32,000 nt of DNA from Methylorubrum extorquens (GTDB lineage Bacteria; Pseudomonadota; Alphaproteobacteria; Rhizobiales; Beijerinckiaceae), in contig LT962688.1 in the NCBI GenBank assembly GCA_900234795.1, positions 480,001-512,000 on the forward strand, written 5' to 3'. The notes below the pieces were generated by a model that ran no database searches, was not told where the DNA came from, and saw nothing but the letters and a program-made list of their open reading frames with translations. The position numbers and the translations under genes are program-made. Shown in pieces: positions 7,617 to 13,959 of this stretch. Each line of letters opens with the position of its first letter. Position 1 is the stretch's first letter.

Positions 7617-7883
7617 TTAAGGGGTGGAGGTGCAGGGGAGGCGGGGGCCATCCGGGGGGGAGGCAGGGGGTAACGCGTTACCGCCGTTACCAGCGTTACT
7701 TGCGTTACGGTGCGTTTCACGGTGGCGCCGGACCCGCACCGCGGTCAGCGCCCGCCGCTTCTCGGTCTGGGCGTCAACCTCTTCGGCCTCGGCCTTCTCG
7801 TCGGCGGCGACGGCAGCCACCAGCATCTCGGCCGTGGCGCCGGCCGCGAGCATGGCCCGGAGAACTTCGGATCGAATGGCCAT
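7617..7883 (-). CDS. Hypothetical small phage protein (88 aa) containing the iteron array
   Basis: The N-terminus MAIRSEVLRAMLAAGATAEMLVAAVAADEKAEAEE looks genuine. The NASNAGNGGNA segment is encoded by 9-bp DNA repeats. The Pro-rich tail is encoded by the G-tract region. Confidence 0.5.
   Translation of the reverse strand: MAIRSEVLRAMLAAGATAEMLVAAVAADEKAEAEEVDAQTEKRRALTAVRVRRHRETHRNASNAGNGGNALPPASPPDGPRLPCTSTP
7675..7720. repeat. Four tandem 9-bp repeats with GTTAC core plus one degenerate unit, preceded by the 14-bp palindrome GGTAACGCGTTACC (7669-7682)
   Basis: Read directly: gcgttaccg / ccgttacca / gcgttactt / gcgttacgg / (t)gcgtttcac. GTTAC cores start at 7677, 7686, 7695 and 7704. Confidence 0.6.
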
Positions 7884-7887
7884 GGCT

Positions 7888-8502
7888 CTACTCCGCCGCC
7901 ATCGGCAGCACTGCGGGTTCGGGCTCGTCGACGAAGTCCTCCCAGGACAAGCGCCCGAGCGTCGTCGGGCCTCGATGTGAGCGATCCCAGACGAACCACG
8001 CGAAGGCCGTCATGCTGGTGGCCTTGGGGCCGTCCCAGCCGTCGCGGTGCATCATCGGCAGCCGCTTCCGGAAGACGTGGACGCGGGCCAGCGTGCCGGT
8101 GTCGAGCAGCGAGCCGCGCGTGATCCCCTCGTAGAAGGCGAGCCGCAGCAGCATCATCACGCGCGGGCAAAGCTCGACGGCTTTCTCGGCGAAGGCGCGG
8201 GCGTGCTTGTAGGGGGGATTCGTGACGATGCAGTCGACCCCGAACGGGGCGCCGTGCAGCTTCAGGAAGTCCATCTCCGCGACCTGACCGGGGCAGCCGT
8301 AGGAGACGAGATCGGTCGGCACCACTTCGTGGCCGGCCGCGCACAGCTCACGCACGATCGCGCCCGGTCCGCAGGCCGGCTCCCAGATCCGCTGCGGCAG
8401 CCATTCGGTCGCGAGCAGCGCCCGCACGGCGACGGCCGGCGTCTCGTACAGGTCGTTTCCGCGCTCGGCGTGCGGATGAGCCTTGTTCTCGCGGTAGCTC
8501 AT
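7888..8502 (-). CDS. Orphan DNA N6-adenine methyltransferase (phage type)
   Basis: The AdoMet motif I-like EPACGPGAI is followed by the catalytic motif IV TNPPY. No adjacent restriction endonuclease. ATGA overlap with rusA. Confidence 0.8.
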   Translation of the reverse strand: MSYRENKAHPHAERGNDLYETPAVAVRALLATEWLPQRIWEPACGPGAIVRELCAAGHEVVPTDLVSYGCPGQVAEMDFLKLHGAPFGVDCIVTNPPYKHARAFAEKAVELCPRVMMLLRLAFYEGITRGSLLDTGTLARVHVFRKRLPMMHRDGWDGPKATSMTAFAWFVWDRSHRGPTTLGRLSWEDFVDEPEPAVLPMAAE

Positions 8503-8966
8503 GCCGCCTCCAGCGCGCCCGAGCGCGGCCAGATCGGGGAGACGGATTCGAGCAGGAAGCCCGGCGGCACGGCGCGCACGGTCGCCGCCAGTTCGGCGTG
8601 CTCGCGGTGCCAGTCGAGCACCACCCGCCGCGCCTTCCGGTCGTTGTCGATGACGCCGTGCGCCTGGAGGAGATCGCTGGTCGCCTTCGACAGGTTGTCG
8701 AGGTCGGCCTTCGTCTCTGTCTCGGGGACGGCGAGCAGCAGGATATACGCGCCCGGCACACGGCCGGGACGCTGTTCGAGCAGGCGCCAGCCCGCATCCC
8801 TGATCCAGGCCGAGTAAGCCTTGGAGCGCACCGGCCGGCCCGGCGCGTGGTCGTGCAGGTCGTTGGCCGACGGCGGGATCGGCAGCAGGATCGTCACCTC
8901 GTCCACGACGCGGCGGACCGCGGCCGAGGACGGGACGATTCGGGGGGAGGGCGAGCGGCGGGCCAT
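8499..8966 (-). CDS. rusA: RusA family crossover junction endodeoxyribonuclease
   Basis: LLPIPPSANDL and ADLDNLSKATSDLLQAHGVIDND match the RusA signatures (LPxPPSxN; DLDNLxKAxxDAL...DD). Confidence 0.85.
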   Translation of the reverse strand: MARRSPSPRIVPSSAAVRRVVDEVTILLPIPPSANDLHDHAPGRPVRSKAYSAWIRDAGWRLLEQRPGRVPGAYILLLAVPETETKADLDNLSKATSDLLQAHGVIDNDRKARRVVLDWHREHAELAATVRAVPPGFLLESVSPIWPRSGALEAA

Positions 8967-8969
8967 GGT

Positions 8970-9488
8970 TCAGCCCCGCGCCGCGATCGCGTCTTCGATA
9001 TCGACCTGCGCACCAGCCGAGCGGATCTGCTTCGCGGCCTCGCGCATCACGGTGCTGGCGTTGGCGCCGATGGTGACGGTGACGCCCTCCATGCCGGCGA
9101 AGGCGCGGGAGACCTTGTCCCCGACCTGCTGGCGCAGGCTCCGCTCGCTGCCGCCGCGGTTCCGGCCTGTCTCCCGTTCGATCGCAGCCTGCCCGAGCGG
9201 CGTGTCCGCCAGCATGCCGAGCGCCTGCATGTAGAGTTCGAGGATCGCCTCCTCTTCCATGCGCTCGTCGTAATCGCGCTTGCGCATGGCGATGATCTTG
9301 CGAATGACCTTCGTGTCGAAGCCGTTCGCCTTGGCTTCCGCATAGACGTCCTTGACGTCACCCGCGATGCCGGCCTTCTCTTCTTCGAGCCGTTCAATAC
9401 GCTCGATGATGGTTTTCAGTTGATCGGCCGCGACCGAGGATGGATCGACTTGCGAGGCAGGCGCACTTCTGGCATTCATTTGGCTCAC
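8970..9488 (-). CDS. DUF2312/GapR-like DNA-binding protein with about 85-aa C-terminal extension
   Basis: [71 protein letters not shown] aligns by eye with Caulobacter GapR ([61 protein letters not shown]). Confidence 0.85.
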   Translation of the reverse strand: MSQMNARSAPASQVDPSSVAADQLKTIIERIERLEEEKAGIAGDVKDVYAEAKANGFDTKVIRKIIAMRKRDYDERMEEEAILELYMQALGMLADTPLGQAAIERETGRNRGGSERSLRQQVGDKVSRAFAGMEGVTVTIGANASTVMREAAKQIRSAGAQVDIEDAIAARG

Positions 9489-9550
9489 CTAGATCTCGGA
9501 CATTGCAGCCGCCCGGCACCCGCTCCCCAGCAGGCCGGGCGGTTCGCGTT

Positions 9551-9871
9551 TCAGGGGTGGGGACGGCCCGGCGGCAGACCGTTGCCGTTGCGCGGGCGCG
9601 TGGGATCGCCGCCGAGGGCCGGACGCCGCGGCACGCGCGGCTCGTCGATCGCGGGCAGGTCCGTCGCCGGCAGAGCCGTCGCAGCACCGGCCCGCAGCCG
9701 CTCTTCCGCCTGCGTCAGGCCGAGGAGCGCATAGCGCCGGCACTGCACGAGGCTCCTCGCCGCCGGTGACACGTCCCCGCGCAGCAGGTCGTTCCGGCGC
9801 ACGATCTCGTCGCGCACCGTGTCGATCACGTCCGCGAGGCCGGCGTCGCTCAGATCGGCGAGGGCGCTCAT
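9551..9871 (-). CDS. Hypothetical protein (106 aa)
   Basis: The internal ATG at 9871 lies 3 nt after the stop of 9874..10170. The N-terminal half is ordinary (MSALADLSDAGLADVIDTVRDEIVRRNDLL). The longer ORF-track version 9551..10207 overlaps the neighbouring gene and is rejected. Confidence 0.5.
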   Translation of the reverse strand: MSALADLSDAGLADVIDTVRDEIVRRNDLLRGDVSPAARSLVQCRRYALLGLTQAEERLRAGAATALPATDLPAIDEPRVPRRPALGGDPTRPRNGNGLPPGRPHP

Positions 9872-9873
9872 GG

Positions 9874-10170
9874 TCAGGCGACCCGGCCGAGATCGTCGTG
9901 GGCGCGGTCGCCCTGCACGTCCCCAGGCAGGCTGGCGCGGCCGGGCTGGAAGACCGACCGGTTCAGCGCCATGAAGCCCTGCTCGATGGCGGTGCGGCCG
10001 ATGGAGAACCAGCGCGGATCGACGGTGCCCGCCGGCATCGCGGCGAGCTTGTCGAGCTGACGAAGCACCTGCTCCTCCAGCGCCTTGTTCTCGTTGACGA
10101 GGGCGACCTTCTCCTCGCTCTGCGGCTTGTAGCCGGCGACCGGGAGGCCCTGGTGCTGCTGGTTCGACAT
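9874..10170 (-). CDS. Acb2/Tad1-hairpin-like small protein (candidate cyclic-nucleotide sponge)
   Basis: 98 aa. The pattern GYKPQSEEKVALVNENKALEEQVLRQLD...DPRWFSIGRTAIEQGFMALNRSVFQP matches my recollection of the family signature (GY..(Q/L)S......N..K..EE.....D...RW..I.R...E.GFM..NR..F.P). Confidence 0.6.
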   Translation of the reverse strand: MSNQQHQGLPVAGYKPQSEEKVALVNENKALEEQVLRQLDKLAAMPAGTVDPRWFSIGRTAIEQGFMALNRSVFQPGRASLPGDVQGDRAHDDLGRVA

Positions 10171-10222
10171 GGTGGCTCCTCAGGGAAGCCGGGCGGCCCG
10201 ATGCCACCCGGAAGGGGCGGGG

Positions 10223-10807
10223 TCAGGCGGCGGGGACGATCATCCAGTCGTCGGCGAGCATGTCCGTCTGCGACGCGAGCCAGCCCATCAGGATCTCGCC
10301 CGTGGCCGTCTTCATCGTGATGCAGGGGAGCACGACAGCGCTGCCGCCGTTGGACAGGGCGAAGGCCTCGTTGTGCGGCGACCAGAACTTGTCGGCATCG
10401 ACCCGGCGCCCGCCGAGCACGCCGCTCAGCGCGAGCCACATCGCCTTGCCGTTCCAGCCCGTGCGGGCCACGCGATGCCCGGCCTTCAGGGCAGCCAGAG
10501 CGTCGCCGAAGGACATCGCCGAGGACTTCGAGACCGCCGCATAGCCCGCCTCGAACACGTCGCGCGGCGAGTGGGAGAGGTAGCCGTCGGGCTCGCTCTC
10601 CGTCGGCGCGTACCGCACCAGCATGTCGCCTTCGCTCACGGCGCCGGGGCGACGCAGGAAGCCGGCCGGGACCGGAACGACGATGTAGCCGTGCTCCGGA
10701 TGGTGCACGCCCACCTTGCCCGAGCCGTCGGCCTGGAACTCGGCCGCGCCGATCGGATAGGCCTCCACCTGCTTGTGGCTGACGTGGGTCGGGTTGAAGG
10801 GGGACAT
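10223..10807 (-). CDS. DUF2829 (Tad2-type) domain protein with unknown ~95-aa N-terminal domain
   Basis: The C-terminus MSFGDALAALKAGHRVARTGWNGKAMWLAL...ITMKTATGEILMGWLASQTDMLADDWMIV matches the DUF2829 hallmark (A...L..GK.v.R.GWNGKgm...; WlASQtDmLAeDW). The start is chosen at the ATG at 10807, preceded by AAGGAGAG. Confidence 0.75.
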   Translation of the reverse strand: MSPFNPTHVSHKQVEAYPIGAAEFQADGSGKVGVHHPEHGYIVVPVPAGFLRRPGAVSEGDMLVRYAPTESEPDGYLSHSPRDVFEAGYAAVSKSSAMSFGDALAALKAGHRVARTGWNGKAMWLALSGVLGGRRVDADKFWSPHNEAFALSNGGSAVVLPCITMKTATGEILMGWLASQTDMLADDWMIVPAA

Positions 10808-10827
10808 GCTCTCTCCTTGCTCAGCGG

Positions 10828-11283
10828 CTACGGCCGCGGCTCCATCGCCCCGAACAGGGGCAGGTCGGTCAGGTCGGAGGCAGCCGGCCGCCGCGAGCGG
10901 CGAGCAGCCGATCCCAGAAGCGGCGGCGCCACGTCCGCACCCGGTTCCACAGCGGCGCACTCCGCCGCGCGAAGAAGAGCCTCACCCGCGCGAACAGCAG
11001 CGTGGTCAGACCCGGCAGCGGCGGCGGTGAGCAGGACTTCATCGGCGAGCTTCCTGAGTTGACGCTCGCGCTCGGCGGCGTGGATGGCTTCGAGCCGGGA
11101 GAGGACGTGAGACGCGATTTCCTTCGGGGGCCGGTATTTCAGCGCCCAAAGCTTGGAGAAGGGGACGCGGGCCCGAGTAGCGACCCGGCGCATTGCGTTG
11201 CCGGCATCGCCCCAACCTGTCGCTTCCCAGCGGATCAAGTCGTCGGCCCAGGTCTGGGCCCGTGAAACGTCAGCGCTAGACAT
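10828..11283 (-). CDS. Hypothetical protein (151 aa)
   Basis: The start is chosen at the ATG at 11283 (MSSADVSRAQTWADDLIRWEATGW...). It overlaps the stop of the upstream ORF (AATGTCTAG). Confidence 0.5.
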   Translation of the reverse strand: MSSADVSRAQTWADDLIRWEATGWGDAGNAMRRVATRARVPFSKLWALKYRPPKEIASHVLSRLEAIHAAERERQLRKLADEVLLTAAAAGSDHAAVRAGEALLRAAECAAVEPGADVAPPLLGSAARRSRRPAASDLTDLPLFGAMEPRP

Positions 11284-11677
11284 TTGCGCCACCCACAAAA
11301 GCTTTTTGCACACCCTCAAATCCCTCTGTGGTTTCTTCGGACCACTGAGAGAGGACGTGCAGATGAGGGAGGGAGCGGAACGCACGAGGCACAGGAGCGC
11401 GACGGCCGACGGCTTGGCGGCAGAGGCAGGCGCGCGAGTAGGATTGGCCCGAGAAAAGGGCCGCCCCCGCGGAAACGGGAGCGGCCAAGTCCTTGGGAGG
11501 AACCCCCGTCACGGGGGCGTCAGCCGCGGGGCGGCGGCGGACTTCGGAGGCGCCGCGGGAACGGCGCGAAAGGGGACGCCCGACCTCGTCGGAAACGGTG
11601 ACCTTCGGGGGAAAGGTCGGCCGGGCGATCACGCGGTTCATTCCGCGCGATGGGGAAAGGAGGAGGGCGGCCGTCAT
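11276..11677 (-). CDS. Possible low-complexity R/P/A-rich protein (133 aa)
   Basis: Third-position GC is high when read by hand. Its ATG forms an ATGA overlap with the upstream small ORF, and its stop overlaps the start of the next gene. The sequence looks disordered, so the call is weak. Confidence 0.3.
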   Translation of the reverse strand: MTAALLLSPSRGMNRVIARPTFPPKVTVSDEVGRPLSRRSRGASEVRRRPAADAPVTGVPPKDLAAPVSAGAALFSGQSYSRACLCRQAVGRRAPVPRAFRSLPHLHVLSQWSEETTEGFEGVQKAFVGGANV

Positions 11678-11823
11678 GGCGACACCCACGAAGCGAGCCA
11701 GCACAGCCCGCATGCCGCTGCATCGACCACGCCGACAGCGAGCGCCGAGGGCGACCCGCGCAACGCAGCGCGAGCGAAGCCGGCAACAGCGCAGACGGCG
11801 AAGATAACGGCGAGCGCGGCCAT
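11674..11823 (-). CDS. Possible small hydrophobic peptide (49 aa)
   Basis: MAALAVIFAVCAVAGFARAAL...GLCWLASWVSP has two hydrophobic segments and high GC3. No convincing SD. Confidence 0.3.
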   Translation of the reverse strand: MAALAVIFAVCAVAGFARAALRGSPSALAVGVVDAAACGLCWLASWVSP

Positions 11824-11954
11824 CTCAGGCGCGCCCCACGACGAGCGACCTACCCCGCGTGCGCAGGGCAACGGTCGCATGAGCTTGGCCGACACGGGTG
11901 AAGAGCCGCCCGGCCGCCGCTATCATCGCTGGAGCGCGATGACCGGAGACGACC

Positions 11955-12212
11955 ATGCGTCCCGAGGACTTCGACGACATCATCGCCGAGCAGGCCGCGC
12001 AGCAGCAGGTGTTGCTGATGGCGCTCCGGCGGATCGCGGCGCTCACCCGTGCGAGCGGGAAGGATCCGGCCACCGTGCGCGCATGGTGGAAGGAGGACGG
12101 GCACGAGGCGATGGACGAGGCGACCTTCCTCGTAGCGCCCGGCCACGACCGCATCGTCCGGACCAAGGCGAAGGCGCGGCTCGACGAGATCATCGAGATT
12201 GGCCTTCGGTAG
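11955..12212 (+). CDS. Hypothetical acidic protein (85 aa), opposite strand inside the leftward early operon
   Basis: GGAGA lies 5 nt upstream of the ATG. GC3 is about 90% by hand. The composition is ordinary (MRPEDFDDIIAEQAAQQQVLLMALRRIAALTRASGKDPATVRAWWKEDGHEAMDE...). Its 3' end overlaps the 3' end of 12190..12564 by 23 nt. Confidence 0.55.
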   Translation: MRPEDFDDIIAEQAAQQQVLLMALRRIAALTRASGKDPATVRAWWKEDGHEAMDEATFLVAPGHDRIVRTKAKARLDEIIEIGLR

Positions 12213-12564
12213 CGAGGCCCGCCGAGCCGTGCGGAGATAGGCAGCGCAGCGGCTTCGCACGCTCGCTGGCGAACGGTCCGCCATCTGACGCGGCGCCGGA
12301 CCTGCGCTCGCCAGCCTGTGCGGCTCGAGCGGCGAGCCGCTCGGCTTTCCGCCTGGCCCGCAGTTCGGCCAGCATCCCCATGTCAACGCCGAGCGAGAGG
12401 CGCTCGCTCGCGGCCACGACCGCCGACCAATGGTCCGGCGCGATCGAGTCGCGATGCTTCATGACGTCGACGTGCTTGATGTCGATGCCCGTCTCAGTCG
12501 CGAAGCGCTCGCGGCCTTGGAAGGTCACGTCAATCAGGTCGCGGAAGGAGGCAGGCTCGCTCAT
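12190..12564 (-). CDS. Cro-like / YdaS-type DNA-binding protein, first gene of leftward operon
   Basis: It diverges from the CI-type repressor across an 83-bp operator region. The N-terminus FRDLIDVTFQGRERFATETGIDIKHVDVMKHRDSIAPDHWSAVVAAS follows the Cro/YdaS pattern (G....v..Wk.R..IP...W..i). The true C-terminal end is uncertain. Confidence 0.6.
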   Translation of the reverse strand: MSEPASFRDLIDVTFQGRERFATETGIDIKHVDVMKHRDSIAPDHWSAVVAASERLSLGVDMGMLAELRARRKAERLAARAAQAGERRSGAASDGGPFASERAKPLRCLSPHGSAGLATEGQSR

Positions 12565-12573
12565 GGCGTCATT

Positions 12574-12590
12574 ACTTACGTTGCGTAAGT
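12574..12590. promoter_or_regulatory. 17-bp perfect palindrome ACTTACG-TTG-CGTAAGT (operator) in the CI/Cro-like divergent region
   Basis: Read directly. On the minus strand it lies between TTGCGT (-35-like) and TAAGTA (-10-like), the latter ending 8 nt from the Cro-like ATG. A further TGTAAGT half-site lies at 12620-12626. Confidence 0.55.
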
Positions 12591-12647
12591 TATCGACGCA
12601 AGCCCATTCTCTGACCCAATGTAAGTTTCCAACCGCTATGGCGGCTC

Positions 12648-13292
12648 ATGCCCCGTAAAGCGGCCCCACCGGATCTGAGCACGCAAGGCGGCCGCCTCAT
12701 GGCCGCTCGCCTTGACGCGGGCATATCGACCCGGCCGGAGGCGGCCGAGATGTTCGACCTGCCGAAGTCGACATACGAGTCGCACGAAACCGGGCTCCGG
12801 GGCGGCGCCCGCGGCATCCCGATTGAGAACGCGCGGCGGTACGCGCGGCGCTTCGGTGTGTCGTTGAGCTGGCTGCTGACTGGCCAGGGCCCGCGCAATG
12901 CCAGCGAGGCAATCGAGATCCGGGGCTATATCGGCGCAGGTGCCGAAATCGAGGACCAGGACGGCGCGTCCCGCTTCGAGGAAATCGGCATTGAAGTCGC
13001 CGACCAGGATGCGTTCGAGTGGTACGAGGTTCGAGGTGACTCGATGCAGCCGCGTGTCTATCCGGGCGAATTAATTGCTTTCGAGCGCCGGGAATACGAG
13101 CCGGCGCAACTGCTGCGGCAGGAATGCTTAGTTCTTCTTGAGGATGGCCGGCGCTTCTTCAAGAAGTTGAACCCTGGAAGCGCGCCGGGTTATTTCGACC
13201 TAATCTCCTACAACGACGCGGACCGCCCCGACGAGCGGGTCATCAGCGTGGGAAAGGTCGCGATGATCGTCTCCAGGCCTAGAAAGGCATAG
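12648..13292 (+). CDS. CI/LexA-type phage repressor (XRE HTH + S24 peptidase domain)
   Basis: The HTH is AEMFDLPKSTYESHETGLRGGARGIPIENARRYARRFGVSLSWLLTG. The S24 catalytic Ser is in VRGDSMQP and the catalytic Lys in RRFFKKL. Confidence 0.9.
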   Translation: MPRKAAPPDLSTQGGRLMAARLDAGISTRPEAAEMFDLPKSTYESHETGLRGGARGIPIENARRYARRFGVSLSWLLTGQGPRNASEAIEIRGYIGAGAEIEDQDGASRFEEIGIEVADQDAFEWYEVRGDSMQPRVYPGELIAFERREYEPAQLLRQECLVLLEDGRRFFKKLNPGSAPGYFDLISYNDADRPDERVISVGKVAMIVSRPRKA

Positions 13293-13548
13293 GCACGATC
13301 TGGGTCAGGATCTGCGTCGGCACCTGACCGTGAACCTCCAGCAGCACCGGGTCGTCGAACTCGTCGAGATCGGGATCTCCGGAACGCGCTAAGGCAACAG
13401 CCCCCGCGCATCGTGAGGCCGTCCTCGCTGCCTGACGGCAGGCATCATCTGCGGACGAGCAGGCCAACGGCTCGCCTACGGCAAGTGCTCCTTTCCTCGT
13501 CCTCACCACCGGCACGACAACGGCAACCGTCTTTCGCCCCACGCTCAA
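13279..13548 (-). CDS. Possible hypothetical protein (89 aa), convergent with the repressor gene
   Basis: TTG start, moderately high GC3, 14-nt 3' overlap with the repressor gene. No family recognised. Confidence 0.3.
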   Translation of the reverse strand: MSVGRKTVAVVVPVVRTRKGALAVGEPLACSSADDACRQAARTASRCAGAVALARSGDPDLDEFDDPVLLEVHGQVPTQILTQIVPMPF

Positions 13549-13679
13549 CCTCCCGTTTCGATACCCCTAAATGAGTACGAAACGAGAACGCGCGAAAGAG
13601 GTGCACCCTGTGGATAACGGGGATCGCCGAAAGTAGTAGAGGGGCTGGACGGATAACTTACAAAACGTCATTTTAAGGC

Positions 13680-13708
13680 TTGACGCATACCTTACACATT
13701 GTAAGTTA
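13680..13708 (+). promoter_or_regulatory. Putative rightward early promoter TTGACG-N16-TAAGTT with embedded operator CTTACA-CAT-TGTAAG (13691-13705)
   Basis: Read directly. It has the same CTTAC-N5-GTAAG architecture as 12575-12589 and lies 24 nt upstream of the ATG at 13732. An extra half-site ACTTACA lies at 13656-13662. Confidence 0.5.
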
Positions 13709-13731
13709 CATCCATCGCCGCTCACCGAGCG

Positions 13732-13959
13732 ATGGAGCCTCCGGTGCCCCAAACCACCCCCACCGATTACTGGATCGACCGCCTCGACGGCGCCTTCGCC
13801 GTCTTCTCTGCCTCGGGCGTCGAGCTTGAGGGCATCGAGAGCCGCGGCGACGCGCAGAACCACATCCTCGACCTGATCGAGCGCGACCGCGTCGCGACCC
13901 AGGAGGAGCGCGCCGCGCTCGCCGACTTCGAGGCCCAGCAGCTCGCCGAGGCCGCGTGA
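13732..13959 (+). CDS. Hypothetical protein (75 aa), first gene of rightward operon
   Basis: ATG ORF directly downstream of the promoter/operator. Ordinary acidic composition. Confidence 0.6.
   Translation: MEPPVPQTTPTDYWIDRLDGAFAVFSASGVELEGIESRGDAQNHILDLIERDRVATQEERAALADFEAQQLAEAA

Noticed and set aside
9509-9542. 9-bp-stem hairpin CCGCCCGGC...GCCGGGCGG between 9551..9871 and the GapR-like gene, considered as a terminator
   Set aside because: It is not followed by a U-run on the transcribed (minus) strand and sits inside a tightly packed operon. It may be an RNA-processing or stability element, but there is no basis for a call.
11153-12658. 501-aa + strand ORF spanning the early-operon start
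   Set aside because: The translation is dominated by R/A/G/P runs with no motif. It overlaps several better-supported genes on both strands, including the Cro-like gene and the operator region.
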